From: an uncultured Clostridia bacterium
Lineage (GTDB): Bacteria > Bacillota > Clostridia > Christensenellales > CAG-314
Direction of reading: 5' to 3'
Length of the DNA stretch: 64,000 bases
NCBI GenBank assembly: GCA_947586855.1
Contig: CANPXV010000002.1
Coordinates: 57,353 to 121,352 of the forward strand
Made by a program: the position numbers and the translations under genes. This document shows, piece by piece, positions 28,076 to 36,373 of this stretch; the stretch's first letter is position 1, and the number at the start of each line of letters is the position of its first letter. Under the pieces are notes generated by a model. It searched no databases and was not told the DNA's origin. It was given only the letters and a program-made list of their open reading frames with translations.

Positions 28076-28424
28076 CTCCGCCACAGCAGAATAATACGAA
28101 CCCGACAAGAGCTGTTGGGCTCGTATTGTTTTATGCTAACGATTGGTTTGGGGTTGTTGTTTTACAATAAATAGTCCTTTGCGAACGTTACGGGGTAAAC
28201 TTGTAGCATTCCTTCATTCCTCCGCATATTTGCCTTTCGGCAAGGACGGGAGGAGCGCAGCTCGGTATAAATTGTTTTATTGCATATCTCGTTGCAGACG
28301 TCAACGGCGAAAAATGAGCCCAGAAAATTTGCATAACAAAAGTGTCGAACAGCATACTACTGCCCGACACTTTACTGTTTGCGAATTACAAGCAAATTTT
28401 TCTCCCGTTGACATCTGCCGAAAG
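28076..28424 (+). repeat. cassette end, copy 2 (inner segment in opposite orientation)
   Basis: second CTCCGCCA, same hairpin and spacer, then the reverse complement of the copy-1 inner segment. Confidence 0.85.
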
Positions 28425-28537
28425 ATATGTAGGGATACCGGCACACCGAGCCAAACTCATTCGCGGGCCGCATCGTGCGCACGGTGCTATTTGGTCGACA
28501 CCTCTACGGCGTCCTCTGTTGCAGACTTGGCGGCGTC

Positions 28538-29617
28538 TCAATTGGGAGCGCCTTCTCCGCTTGTCGGCTTGGCAACAGTTGCGGCAGCTTGCAAAAAAGT
28601 TGGTTCGGCAGATTTCTTTTTGACGGTACGCTTGGCCAATCCCTTGTCGATAAGCTCGACAATGCCCTCATAGGGGAGATAGAAATCTTCGGCAACACGC
28701 TCGATACGTTTTCCGCCCACCTTTTCCATAACTGCGGCAAACAGCTCAAAGGCATAGTGGGTGCGCCTGTCGTTTTTTAACCGATACATGCAGGGAGTAT
28801 CCGCATACGCAGTTGTCTCCGAAACGTCCTCGACCTTGTACTTGCTGTCGGTGTAGTCGGCGGCGTTGAGGGGGAGATAAATGCAAAGAGTGTTGCCCCG
28901 ATAGCCGAGGCGTGCAACTACTTCTCTGCCCAAACGGAAAGTTTCGCGCTTCCAACTTGTGCGGGCCTTTACCTTTTTGTAGGAGAGCATCTCGTTTTTT
29001 AGCGCCGTATATCTGTTTTTTACGTCGTCGCTTGATTGGATATACTTGGCCATAAAGCTCTTGTTGTAGCGCAAAACACCCTCGTAGGATTCCTCTTCGG
29101 GGGCAATGGGCTCACGCCTCTGCACAATGACCTCCTGTGCGGGTTCTTCGTGCGGTTCCTGTACGGGCTCTTGGGTGGACTCTTGTGCGGGTTCGGCAAT
29201 CGTGATGGCATAGTAGGTTGCCTTGTCCTTATACCTGACGATGACATTCGTTCGGCCCGTCTCCTCCATGTTGGGTTTGATGACATACAATCCGCTTGCT
29301 GCACCTGCCTCGGTGAGGCGCACAAGCTCCTCTTCCGTGAGGACGTCGAACAGCGAAAGCGCCTCCGACTTGGGATTGCGATTATAAACGGCATTGACAA
29401 GCAGACCCTCGCAGGAAAATTCTTCGCCGAAGGAAAACTCCGACTTCACATCTTTGCAATCGGCAACGATCTCCACAAGTTCGCGATTGCCCCTTTGTTT
29501 GCGCCTTTGATTGCGCACGGTCCAGACGAGAAGCACGACAGCCGCCACGAAACATGCGGCAGCAACAGCGCACACGACAAGCAAAATGATAAGCTCTGTT
29601 GAATTGACGAATAACAT
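28538..29617 (-). CDS. membrane-anchored protein with Ig-like and uncharacterised C-terminal domain
   Basis: N-terminal TM; FSFGEEFSCEGLLV.AVY Ig-like start; EP-rich linker; RBS AAGGAG. Confidence 0.7.
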   Translation of the reverse strand: MLFVNSTELIILLVVCAVAAACFVAAVVLLVWTVRNQRRKQRGNRELVEIVADCKDVKSEFSFGEEFSCEGLLVNAVYNRNPKSEALSLFDVLTEEELVRLTEAGAASGLYVIKPNMEETGRTNVIVRYKDKATYYAITIAEPAQESTQEPVQEPHEEPAQEVIVQRREPIAPEEESYEGVLRYNKSFMAKYIQSSDDVKNRYTALKNEMLSYKKVKARTSWKRETFRLGREVVARLGYRGNTLCIYLPLNAADYTDSKYKVEDVSETTAYADTPCMYRLKNDRRTHYAFELFAAVMEKVGGKRIERVAEDFYLPYEGIVELIDKGLAKRTVKKKSAEPTFLQAAATVAKPTSGEGAPN

Positions 29618-29620
29618 TTT

Positions 29621-32600
29621 TTATTCTCCTTTTTTGTTTTTCTTTCTTGTGATTGCCAAAATGATCAGTGTTCCGACACCGAGCAGCGAAATCGCCGTTG
29701 CGGCGAGCAGAATGGGGAGATAGGCGACGCCGTCCACAGTAAACGTGTACGCCGAAAGCCCGTCCGCCTCAAACACTATGTAGTCACCGTCACGGGTGTA
29801 TTCGACTTCCGCCGCTCGGCCAACGCTTTGCAACGTAAAGTTTTTGTCTCTGAACTCTTCGGGGATGAGAAGCTGCACGGTCACTTTGCTATCGAGCGGG
29901 ACTTCCGCACCGTTTTTCATAAGTTTCAGAGTGTATTTTTCGGAAAGTTGGTCTCTTTCCCACGCCCAGGAGGTGCGCATGATATTGTCTGCTCCATCGC
30001 ATATAAGTTTCAATGCGGGATCGAATCCGTCTGCGCTGTCAACAATTACATTGGGCAAGTTACTACCGGGAAATGTGTATTCAAGGCGTGTCACAAGATT
30101 GCCCATGCTCACAATGGTCAGAGTTGCGGTCATTGGGTTAATGGGGTTATAATTCTGCGCATCGCCCTCGAAAGTAGCCGTTACGGTGTATTTGCCGACC
30201 GCCTTTTGATCGTTGCCTTCGTAGGTCACGGTCACGCCTTTCGGCAAATCACCTTTGATGGCGATGCTGTGCGCCTGTCCGTCGTAATCCACGGTGACGT
30301 CCTTAAAGGTCACACCCGACATAACGTAATCGGCTTTTGTTATCGTAAAGATGAGAATGATCTCCGCCTCATCGCTCGTTGCCCACTTGAAGTTTGCGCT
30401 GTCCGTAAGCGTGAGTTTGACGTTATAATCGTTCGCATCGATTCCGCCGTTGTTCTCGGTCACGTTATAGAGCAGGGAGGTCTGAACGTCCGCCGTCTGC
30501 GTCACCCCGTTATAAACTTTGCTTGCGATCGTCGGCGCAGTCACCGTCTGTTTTTCGACAATGTAGACATGCGTCTTTGTATCCTCATTGAGCGTATAGT
30601 TCTTTGTCTTGGGGTTCGTGCCATCGAGCGCCGCCTTGAATGCATAGCCCCCTGCGTTCTGGAATGTCTGTGCGGAGTTGCTTAATGCGACCAAAAGCGT
30701 AAATGTGCCGTCGCTACCGATACCCGTCGCAGTCGCAGTAGGAAGATTGGTGAATGCCGTTCCTGTGTAGATATAACTTTCGTCGCCCCAAACAGCTTTG
30801 ATCTCTTTCGCACGTACCGTGAGCGTTCCCGTTTTGCAATTAAAGGCATAATTCTTATCCGAGGAAAGCTCTTTCGGCGTAATGACGTATTCGCCAGCGT
30901 CATCATACGCCTTATACCCGCCGTAATCAAATGCCAAAGTACCCGTGAGATTGCTCTCGCCCTCTCCGTTCACAAAGCCGCTGTACGTTACACCGCCATC
31001 GGAAGGCGAATCGCCGTAAGTAATTTCCTTGTTGTTCGCCGTCACGGTGAGCGTTGCCTTTGCGATGGCGTACTCGAACGTCTTGCCGCCGTGCTCGTTT
31101 GCAAATTCCACATCATAGTCCGAATTAGAGCACATTGGAGTGACGGGATAGGTGCCAGCAGGTGTGCTTATGCTCGGCACTCCGCTCATCCCTTGCAGAG
31201 AATAGGAAAGGCCAAGGACTTCGAAATCATCATCACTCTTCGCCTCATTTTGGGCATACCAAGAACCGACTGCGCCCTCCGTCGCACGGGAGGCGGTTGC
31301 CGTTACCCAACCTGTGTGGGCTTCCCCGTAGGTCGCCCCTTCCTCAAAGGTGAGCGTGACTTTTATTTTTCTTGCCGAAACGGTGAAACTCGGGTTGCCG
31401 CCAGTCCACGCAAACGTAAGATAATTTGAAGTATTTTTGTCCTTGACGGCGACGTAGAGATGATAGGTGCCTAGTGGCAGATTGTCTACCTTTTCCGATT
31501 GCGAGCCGCTTTCGTGCAGAATGCCGTCCTCTGCAACAGTGTAAATATCGTCGTCTGCAACGGTATTGTCCTTGCGAAGATAGAAAATAAAACTATCAAT
31601 ATTGTCTTTGAAGTCTTTCGTTTTGTCTCTATCGAGTTGCCCTATTACTTTTTGGATGCCAGAGAGGATATCTTGTTCGAAGCCCTCTTTCGTGTGGGCG
31701 ACGTCACCGTACTCCACGCCCTTTTCAAAGCCCACTCTTGCCGCCTCGCTCAGAGTGATCGTCAGCTCTTCTACCGCAATGTGGACAACAAAATAATCAT
31801 AGCACGGGTTGTGGTTGCCCTCGGTATCCGTTGCCTTGAAATATACGACGTAGAACATCGGCTCTTTCGCAGTCTGATCTGTGAGGGCATTGTAATCCTT
31901 CCACTCTGTGGCATGTCCCTTTTTCAGCTCATCGAGATAGCTCTTTATCGTAGCTTCGTTATACTCTGTTTCTCCATATTTCCGGACGATATACTGTATC
32001 TTAAGTTTGCTTATGGTGTCCCCGTACCACGCAACATCCTTCCAATTGATGGGGAATGTTTTATCGGTCGGGTCGGGCAGTTTAAGTTCGATCGGCTCCA
32101 TACCCAAACTGTAAACGAACTCCCGCTTCTGTTCAAGTCTCTCGTTATTGAACACCCCCGATCCATTGTTGTTGAACGTCACCATCATATCGGCGGGCAC
32201 GACGGTATATGTAACGGTGATCTCGTTATCTGTGCCGTCATTCCATTTGAATGTCTCTGGGGATTCGGCGCTTTTCTCTGCGGGTTTGACGCTCAGTTTG
32301 TATTCGCCTACTTTTTTCGCCGTAATGGTATGCATCTTATCGTCATACCAACTCTCATCTCCGTCATTTGCAACGGCGGAGATCTCTACCATGTCTGTAT
32401 CTACGAGTCTCCATTTCACACCGTCGGGGGAGTAGGTCTTTGTTTCATTCTTCCAACTATCTTTATCGAGTATCGCAGTGCGCGCGGCGGCAGTCAGATT
32501 GAAATGGATCGCAGGACGCACCCCGCAATTTGCGTTGTTCACAACGAAATTAGCGTAATTGCCAGAAGTGTCGAGTTGGTACGTGCGTTGCGCAGAGAAG

Positions 32601-32870
32601 TAAACACCAGAGCGGAGCCAACAATGGCCCATCCCGACACCGCTGTTTGCGCTTCGGAGAGACGCATCGGTATCCCACATGCCATCGCCGATCCCGCTTG
32701 TGCTACCGTTGGACATGCCCGTTTCCGTCAAAGAGGGAAGCCAAAGGCAGTCGTTTTTCCACGCGTCGTATGCCGTTTCGTCCTTCCCCTTACTGCTGTA
32801 CACGTTCATTGTGACGCCGTCTTTCGTATCCCAATCTGCGTTGTCTGTTTCTTTGTTCGGCGTACCGTAG
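29621..32870 (-). pseudogene. large surface protein (DUF6273-like, MBG/Ig-like repeats, C-terminal TM), apparently 5'-truncated
   Basis: WLPS..E, WLRS..GVRPA motifs, ITYGD..YSGFVNGE MBG-like repeat, C-terminal TM plus KKNKK; no signal peptide or RBS, reading frame runs up into the recombinase terminator. Confidence 0.6.
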
Positions 32871-32883
32871 AATATTCCACGAA

Positions 32884-32908
32884 CAAAGGGCCGCAACAAG
32901 GCCTTTTT
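32884..32908 (-). terminator. terminator of the short recombinase gene
   Basis: AAGGCC-TTGTTGC-GGCCCTTTGTT on the - strand just after the stop. Confidence 0.5.
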
Positions 32909-33811
32909 TTATTGCAGCTGTTTGCCCAAGCGGTTCATCATTGTACGCTTGTGCTCCAAAAGGCTGTGGACGTACAAATCAAGCGTGATCGTGGGGCTTT
33001 TGTGACCGAGAATTTCCGACAATGATTTGACATCCATGCCACATTCCAACGCACGTGTTGCAAACGTATGTCGCAGAGAATGAAACCCCAGGTGCCGTAT
33101 TTGCAGCTTTTTCAGAAGCAGCTCGAACGTGCGCTGATAGGAACGCACCGAGACGGGGTCGTCTCCGCCGACAACATACCTGCCGGACGAATCTCGCTTG
33201 GCCTTTTTGAGAATGTGCAGGATCTGATTGGGCAGAGGGATGACCCGCACCGATGTTTTTGTTTTGGGCGGCTCGATCAGCTTTTTGTAAGCGCCGTTAT
33301 CCCAACTGTCGTGACACGACTGTGTGACGGTGAGCAGCCCCTCTGCAAAGTCGATATTATCCCACGAAAGAGCCATCAATTCTCCGATACGCAAGCCTGT
33401 GTACAAACAGAGCAAAATCCCCACAAGTTTTTGGTTGCCGCTTTGCAAAACGTAGCGCTCGATTGCCCGTTGCTCGTCTTTGGTAAAGCACTCTGCTTGT
33501 TTCTTTTCGGGCTTGGGACGGATTATCCCGTTGGAGTGTTGCCGTTTGGCCGCACCGTAAAGCACCGCCTGTTTAAGCGATTTTTTCAGTACGGAAATGA
33601 TAACATTGACTGTATTTGGCGAAAGCGATACCGTCATACTCGCCACAAATCCCTGCAAAACGCTTGCAGACAGCGTTTCCATCTCGTATCTGCCAAGTTG
33701 GGGAACAAGATGTGTTGTGCAGATACGCTCGTATTTTTCGTAAGTGCGGGCTTTTGTTGTGGGACGCACGCAGACTGCCAGCCACTCCGAAAGCCATTTG
33801 CGATATTTCAT
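32909..33811 (-). CDS. short tyrosine recombinase (no arm-binding domain)
   Basis: GLRIGE, HSLRH, LGH, LYVH catalytic motifs; ATG 33811 with GGAGG RBS. Confidence 0.9.
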   Translation of the reverse strand: MKYRKWLSEWLAVCVRPTTKARTYEKYERICTTHLVPQLGRYEMETLSASVLQGFVASMTVSLSPNTVNVIISVLKKSLKQAVLYGAAKRQHSNGIIRPKPEKKQAECFTKDEQRAIERYVLQSGNQKLVGILLCLYTGLRIGELMALSWDNIDFAEGLLTVTQSCHDSWDNGAYKKLIEPPKTKTSVRVIPLPNQILHILKKAKRDSSGRYVVGGDDPVSVRSYQRTFELLLKKLQIRHLGFHSLRHTFATRALECGMDVKSLSEILGHKSPTITLDLYVHSLLEHKRTMMNRLGKQLQ

Positions 33812-34017
33812 TGTATGGCCCTCCATTATAGTACTTTTATAGATTTTAAAGTAATTTAACAAAAATACGCAAATAATTACGGATCATTGGACCGCCTGAA
33901 AGGTGCGACATACGTCAAAACGCACTACAGGTGCTAAAAAAATTTACCAAACTGCTGATTTTTGAGATATTTGTGTGCGTGCGGCTTGTTGCTGCGGGAC
34001 GTCAAGCGGGTCTGCGC

Positions 34018-34046
34018 TTGCCAATAGTTGCCGAGTGTGCTACAAT
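34018..34046 (+). promoter_or_regulatory. sigmaA promoter of the phosphotransferase gene
   Basis: TTGCCA-17 nt-TACAAT with TG extension. Confidence 0.55.
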
Positions 34047-34187
34047 CTATCCGGGACGGACGCAGCCACTGCGGGGCGCACAGGCAGACGGCGACGACGG
34101 GCAAAACGGGGCAGGTTGTCGGCCGTGGGGCGCACCACTGCCATCCAAGCGGCGAGTAAACGTGCGCAAAACCCCAAAAGGAGAAAA

Positions 34188-35186
34188 ATGGATACTTACG
34201 AACAACTGCAAAAATTGATTTTACAAAACGGCCTGGGCACCAAAATAGTCTCGGTGCAGACGGTTGCGGGCGGACTGACGCACAAAATGTATCGTGTGCA
34301 AACGGACAGGGCCGTCTACGCAATCAAGGTGCTGGACCCCGCCATAATGCGCAAAAAAGAGGCTCTTGGCAACTTTGATTTTTCCGAAAGGGTGGCCCGC
34401 ACAGCCGCACAAAACGGGATACACGCCGTTTGCGCACTGCAATTGGGCGGCAAGGTTGTGCAAAATGTGGACGGGGCGTTTTTGATGGTGTTTGAGTGGC
34501 TGGACGGCACGTCGCTGCGGCCCAAACAGGTAACGTTGCGCCACTGCAATGTCATCGGGCAAACGCTGGCCAATCTGCACAACACGGATTTTGGCGCATT
34601 GGGGGATACACCGCCGCAAAGCACGGCCACGCAGCCGCATTTTGACCGCTACATTGCGCAGGCACATCAACAAAACAAGCCTTTTGCGCAACATCTGCAA
34701 CGGGATGCGACGATGCTATCCGAGTGGGGCGTACGGGCAACGGAGGCAATGGACTGCCTTGGCGGCGAGACGGTCATCAGCCACACCGACCTCGATTGCA
34801 AAAACGTGATGTGGCAGGGGCTGACCCCGTTTGTGATTGATTGGGAGGCAAGCGGCCGCATCAACCCCGCCGCAGAGCTTGTGCAGGTAGCCTGGTATTG
34901 GGCGGGCGGCGATGTGGAAAATCTTCGCCAAAACAAGTTTGAGGCGGTGCTGAACGGCTACGTCGGGACGTATCGGGGGCGGCTGCACGGCTGCTGCGAC
35001 CTTGTGTGCGCCAATCTGTACCCAAAGTTAGCCTGGCTGCAATACAACCTGAAACGGGCGTGCGAGGGGACGGGGCCGACAGAGCTTGCCGACAGCGAAG
35101 TGACAAAAAGCCTGCAAGAGATTGAATATTGCGTCAATCAGATTGACGCTGTGATGCACATGCTGCAAGCGGTTTTGTGGCTGTGA
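34188..35186 (+). CDS. aminoglycoside phosphotransferase (APH)/choline kinase-like family protein
   Basis: GG-x-x-H..AIK, Brenner motif HTDLDCKN, IDWE; RBS AAGGAG. Confidence 0.8.
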   Translation: MDTYEQLQKLILQNGLGTKIVSVQTVAGGLTHKMYRVQTDRAVYAIKVLDPAIMRKKEALGNFDFSERVARTAAQNGIHAVCALQLGGKVVQNVDGAFLMVFEWLDGTSLRPKQVTLRHCNVIGQTLANLHNTDFGALGDTPPQSTATQPHFDRYIAQAHQQNKPFAQHLQRDATMLSEWGVRATEAMDCLGGETVISHTDLDCKNVMWQGLTPFVIDWEASGRINPAAELVQVAWYWAGGDVENLRQNKFEAVLNGYVGTYRGRLHGCCDLVCANLYPKLAWLQYNLKRACEGTGPTELADSEVTKSLQEIEYCVNQIDAVMHMLQAVLWL

Positions 35187-35347
35187 GCGGAAAGAGTAAC
35201 ATGTGCGGTTTGTAATGCTTGACGCCTTGTCATTACAAAAACACGCCCACGATTGAGCGGCAAAGCAAACAAGTGGCAAAAGAAAAAAAGAGTTCACTTT
35301 GCGTGGACTCTTTTCTGTTGTGATTGCGCCGAACCCTTTTCCGCATG

Positions 35348-35917
35348 TCAAACGGCGGTGTGGTCGCGTGCGGTATTTTTGCGCACAAAAATCGCCTTGA
35401 ACACTGTTCGCACAAGGGGCTGGATGAACAGCAGCTGCAAAAAAAATGCAAAGGGCAGGTTGTAGCAAATCAACTTTAACCAATTTGCGAGCAACGTTGC
35501 AAAATTGAACGTCGAAACGCCATACGGGTAGTACATGATGGCTGCAAGCAAGCTCATGGACGGGCACATGAGCCCCACCGTCGCAATTATTATTGCCGAC
35601 TCAAAAATAACAGGGTGCACGCTGCCCGGCTTAAACACACGGCACACCAGGCGGAAGCTGCACGGACTACCCAACACACATTCGAGGGTATAGGCGAGGG
35701 CAAATTCTACAAGTATTACCGCCCAAATGGGTATTGGGTGACCGAAAACGGCCACGCCTCCCATTGCGTTGATTGCGGCAATGACGCTTGGCTCTCCCGT
35801 GAGCTGCATAAAGGTGGCGCCGTTGATGACGTACAAGCTGTAAAACACATAGCCGTGCACCGTTATCACCACGGTGATGAGGGCAAAAATCATACGTTGA
35901 AACAAATTTTTGGGCAT
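35348..35917 (-). CDS. DUF2798-like membrane protein
   Basis: MPKNLFQRMIFALITV, N.P.AFF.QLLFIQPLVR..F pattern; multiple TM segments. Confidence 0.65.
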   Translation of the reverse strand: MPKNLFQRMIFALITVVITVHGYVFYSLYVINGATFMQLTGEPSVIAAINAMGGVAVFGHPIPIWAVILVEFALAYTLECVLGSPCSFRLVCRVFKPGSVHPVIFESAIIIATVGLMCPSMSLLAAIMYYPYGVSTFNFATLLANWLKLICYNLPFAFFLQLLFIQPLVRTVFKAIFVRKNTARDHTAV

Positions 35918-36151
35918 AATTCCTCCAAATCGAAAAAAAACACATGTCCTCGCCTGCGCAAACCGAATGCGGAACGTGCCGTGATCAGATTTATATGCGC
36001 AAGGCAAAACATGTGTCGTTTTCCGAAAATATTGATAGTTGAGCTTTATTTTACATCAAATTTGACATTTTTGCAAACGTTTGACGGAAATTTGCGCCAA
36101 AGACAAAGCGATGGCAAAATGCCACCACAAACATTCGGACAAAACAAAATA

Positions 36152-36181
36152 CCCAGCCAAACCCTTGCGGGTTCGACTGGG
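36152..36181 (-). terminator. probable original tRNA-operon terminator displaced by island insertion
   Basis: CCCAG..AACCC-GCAA-GGGTT..CTGGG followed by a U-rich run, directly after the duplicated tRNA 3' end. Confidence 0.55.
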
Positions 36182-36188
36182 CACTGTA

Positions 36189-36214
36189 TGGTGGGGAGTA
36201 CAGGGCTCGAACCT
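36189..36214 (-). repeat. att copy (3' 26 nt of tRNA-Val)
   Basis: TGGTGGGGAGTACAGGGCTCGAACCT, identical to 42418-42443. Confidence 0.92.
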
Positions 36215-36233
36215 CTCAACGACTTATTCAAAA

Positions 36234-36281
36234 CCACAATATATAGCATAATATTTGCTATCTAAACACAATATATAGTGT
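36234..36281. promoter_or_regulatory. tandem NrdR-box-like palindromes
   Basis: CCACAATATATAGCAT and ACACAATATATAGTGT, 32 bp apart. Confidence 0.5.
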
Positions 36282-36293
36282 TTTGGCAAATCG

Positions 36294-36313
36294 TACCCCC
36301 AATTTACCCCCAA
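36294..36313 (+). repeat. arm-type sites TACCCCCAA x2
   Basis: same doublet at 42299-42319. Confidence 0.65.
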
Positions 36314-36373
36314 CTTTAATTCCTTAATTAAATATGTTTTTCAATGTTTTTCACGACCTTTTAGGGCGTCAAG

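Noticed and set aside
33860-33960. Distal att site for the cassette array
   Set aside because: Only a 5-bp CCGCC match to the tRNA end; the right boundary remains undefined
34053-34187. c-di-GMP-I-like riboswitch (GCACAGG..GGCAAA)
   Set aside because: The tetraloop/receptor and P1 pairing could not be built
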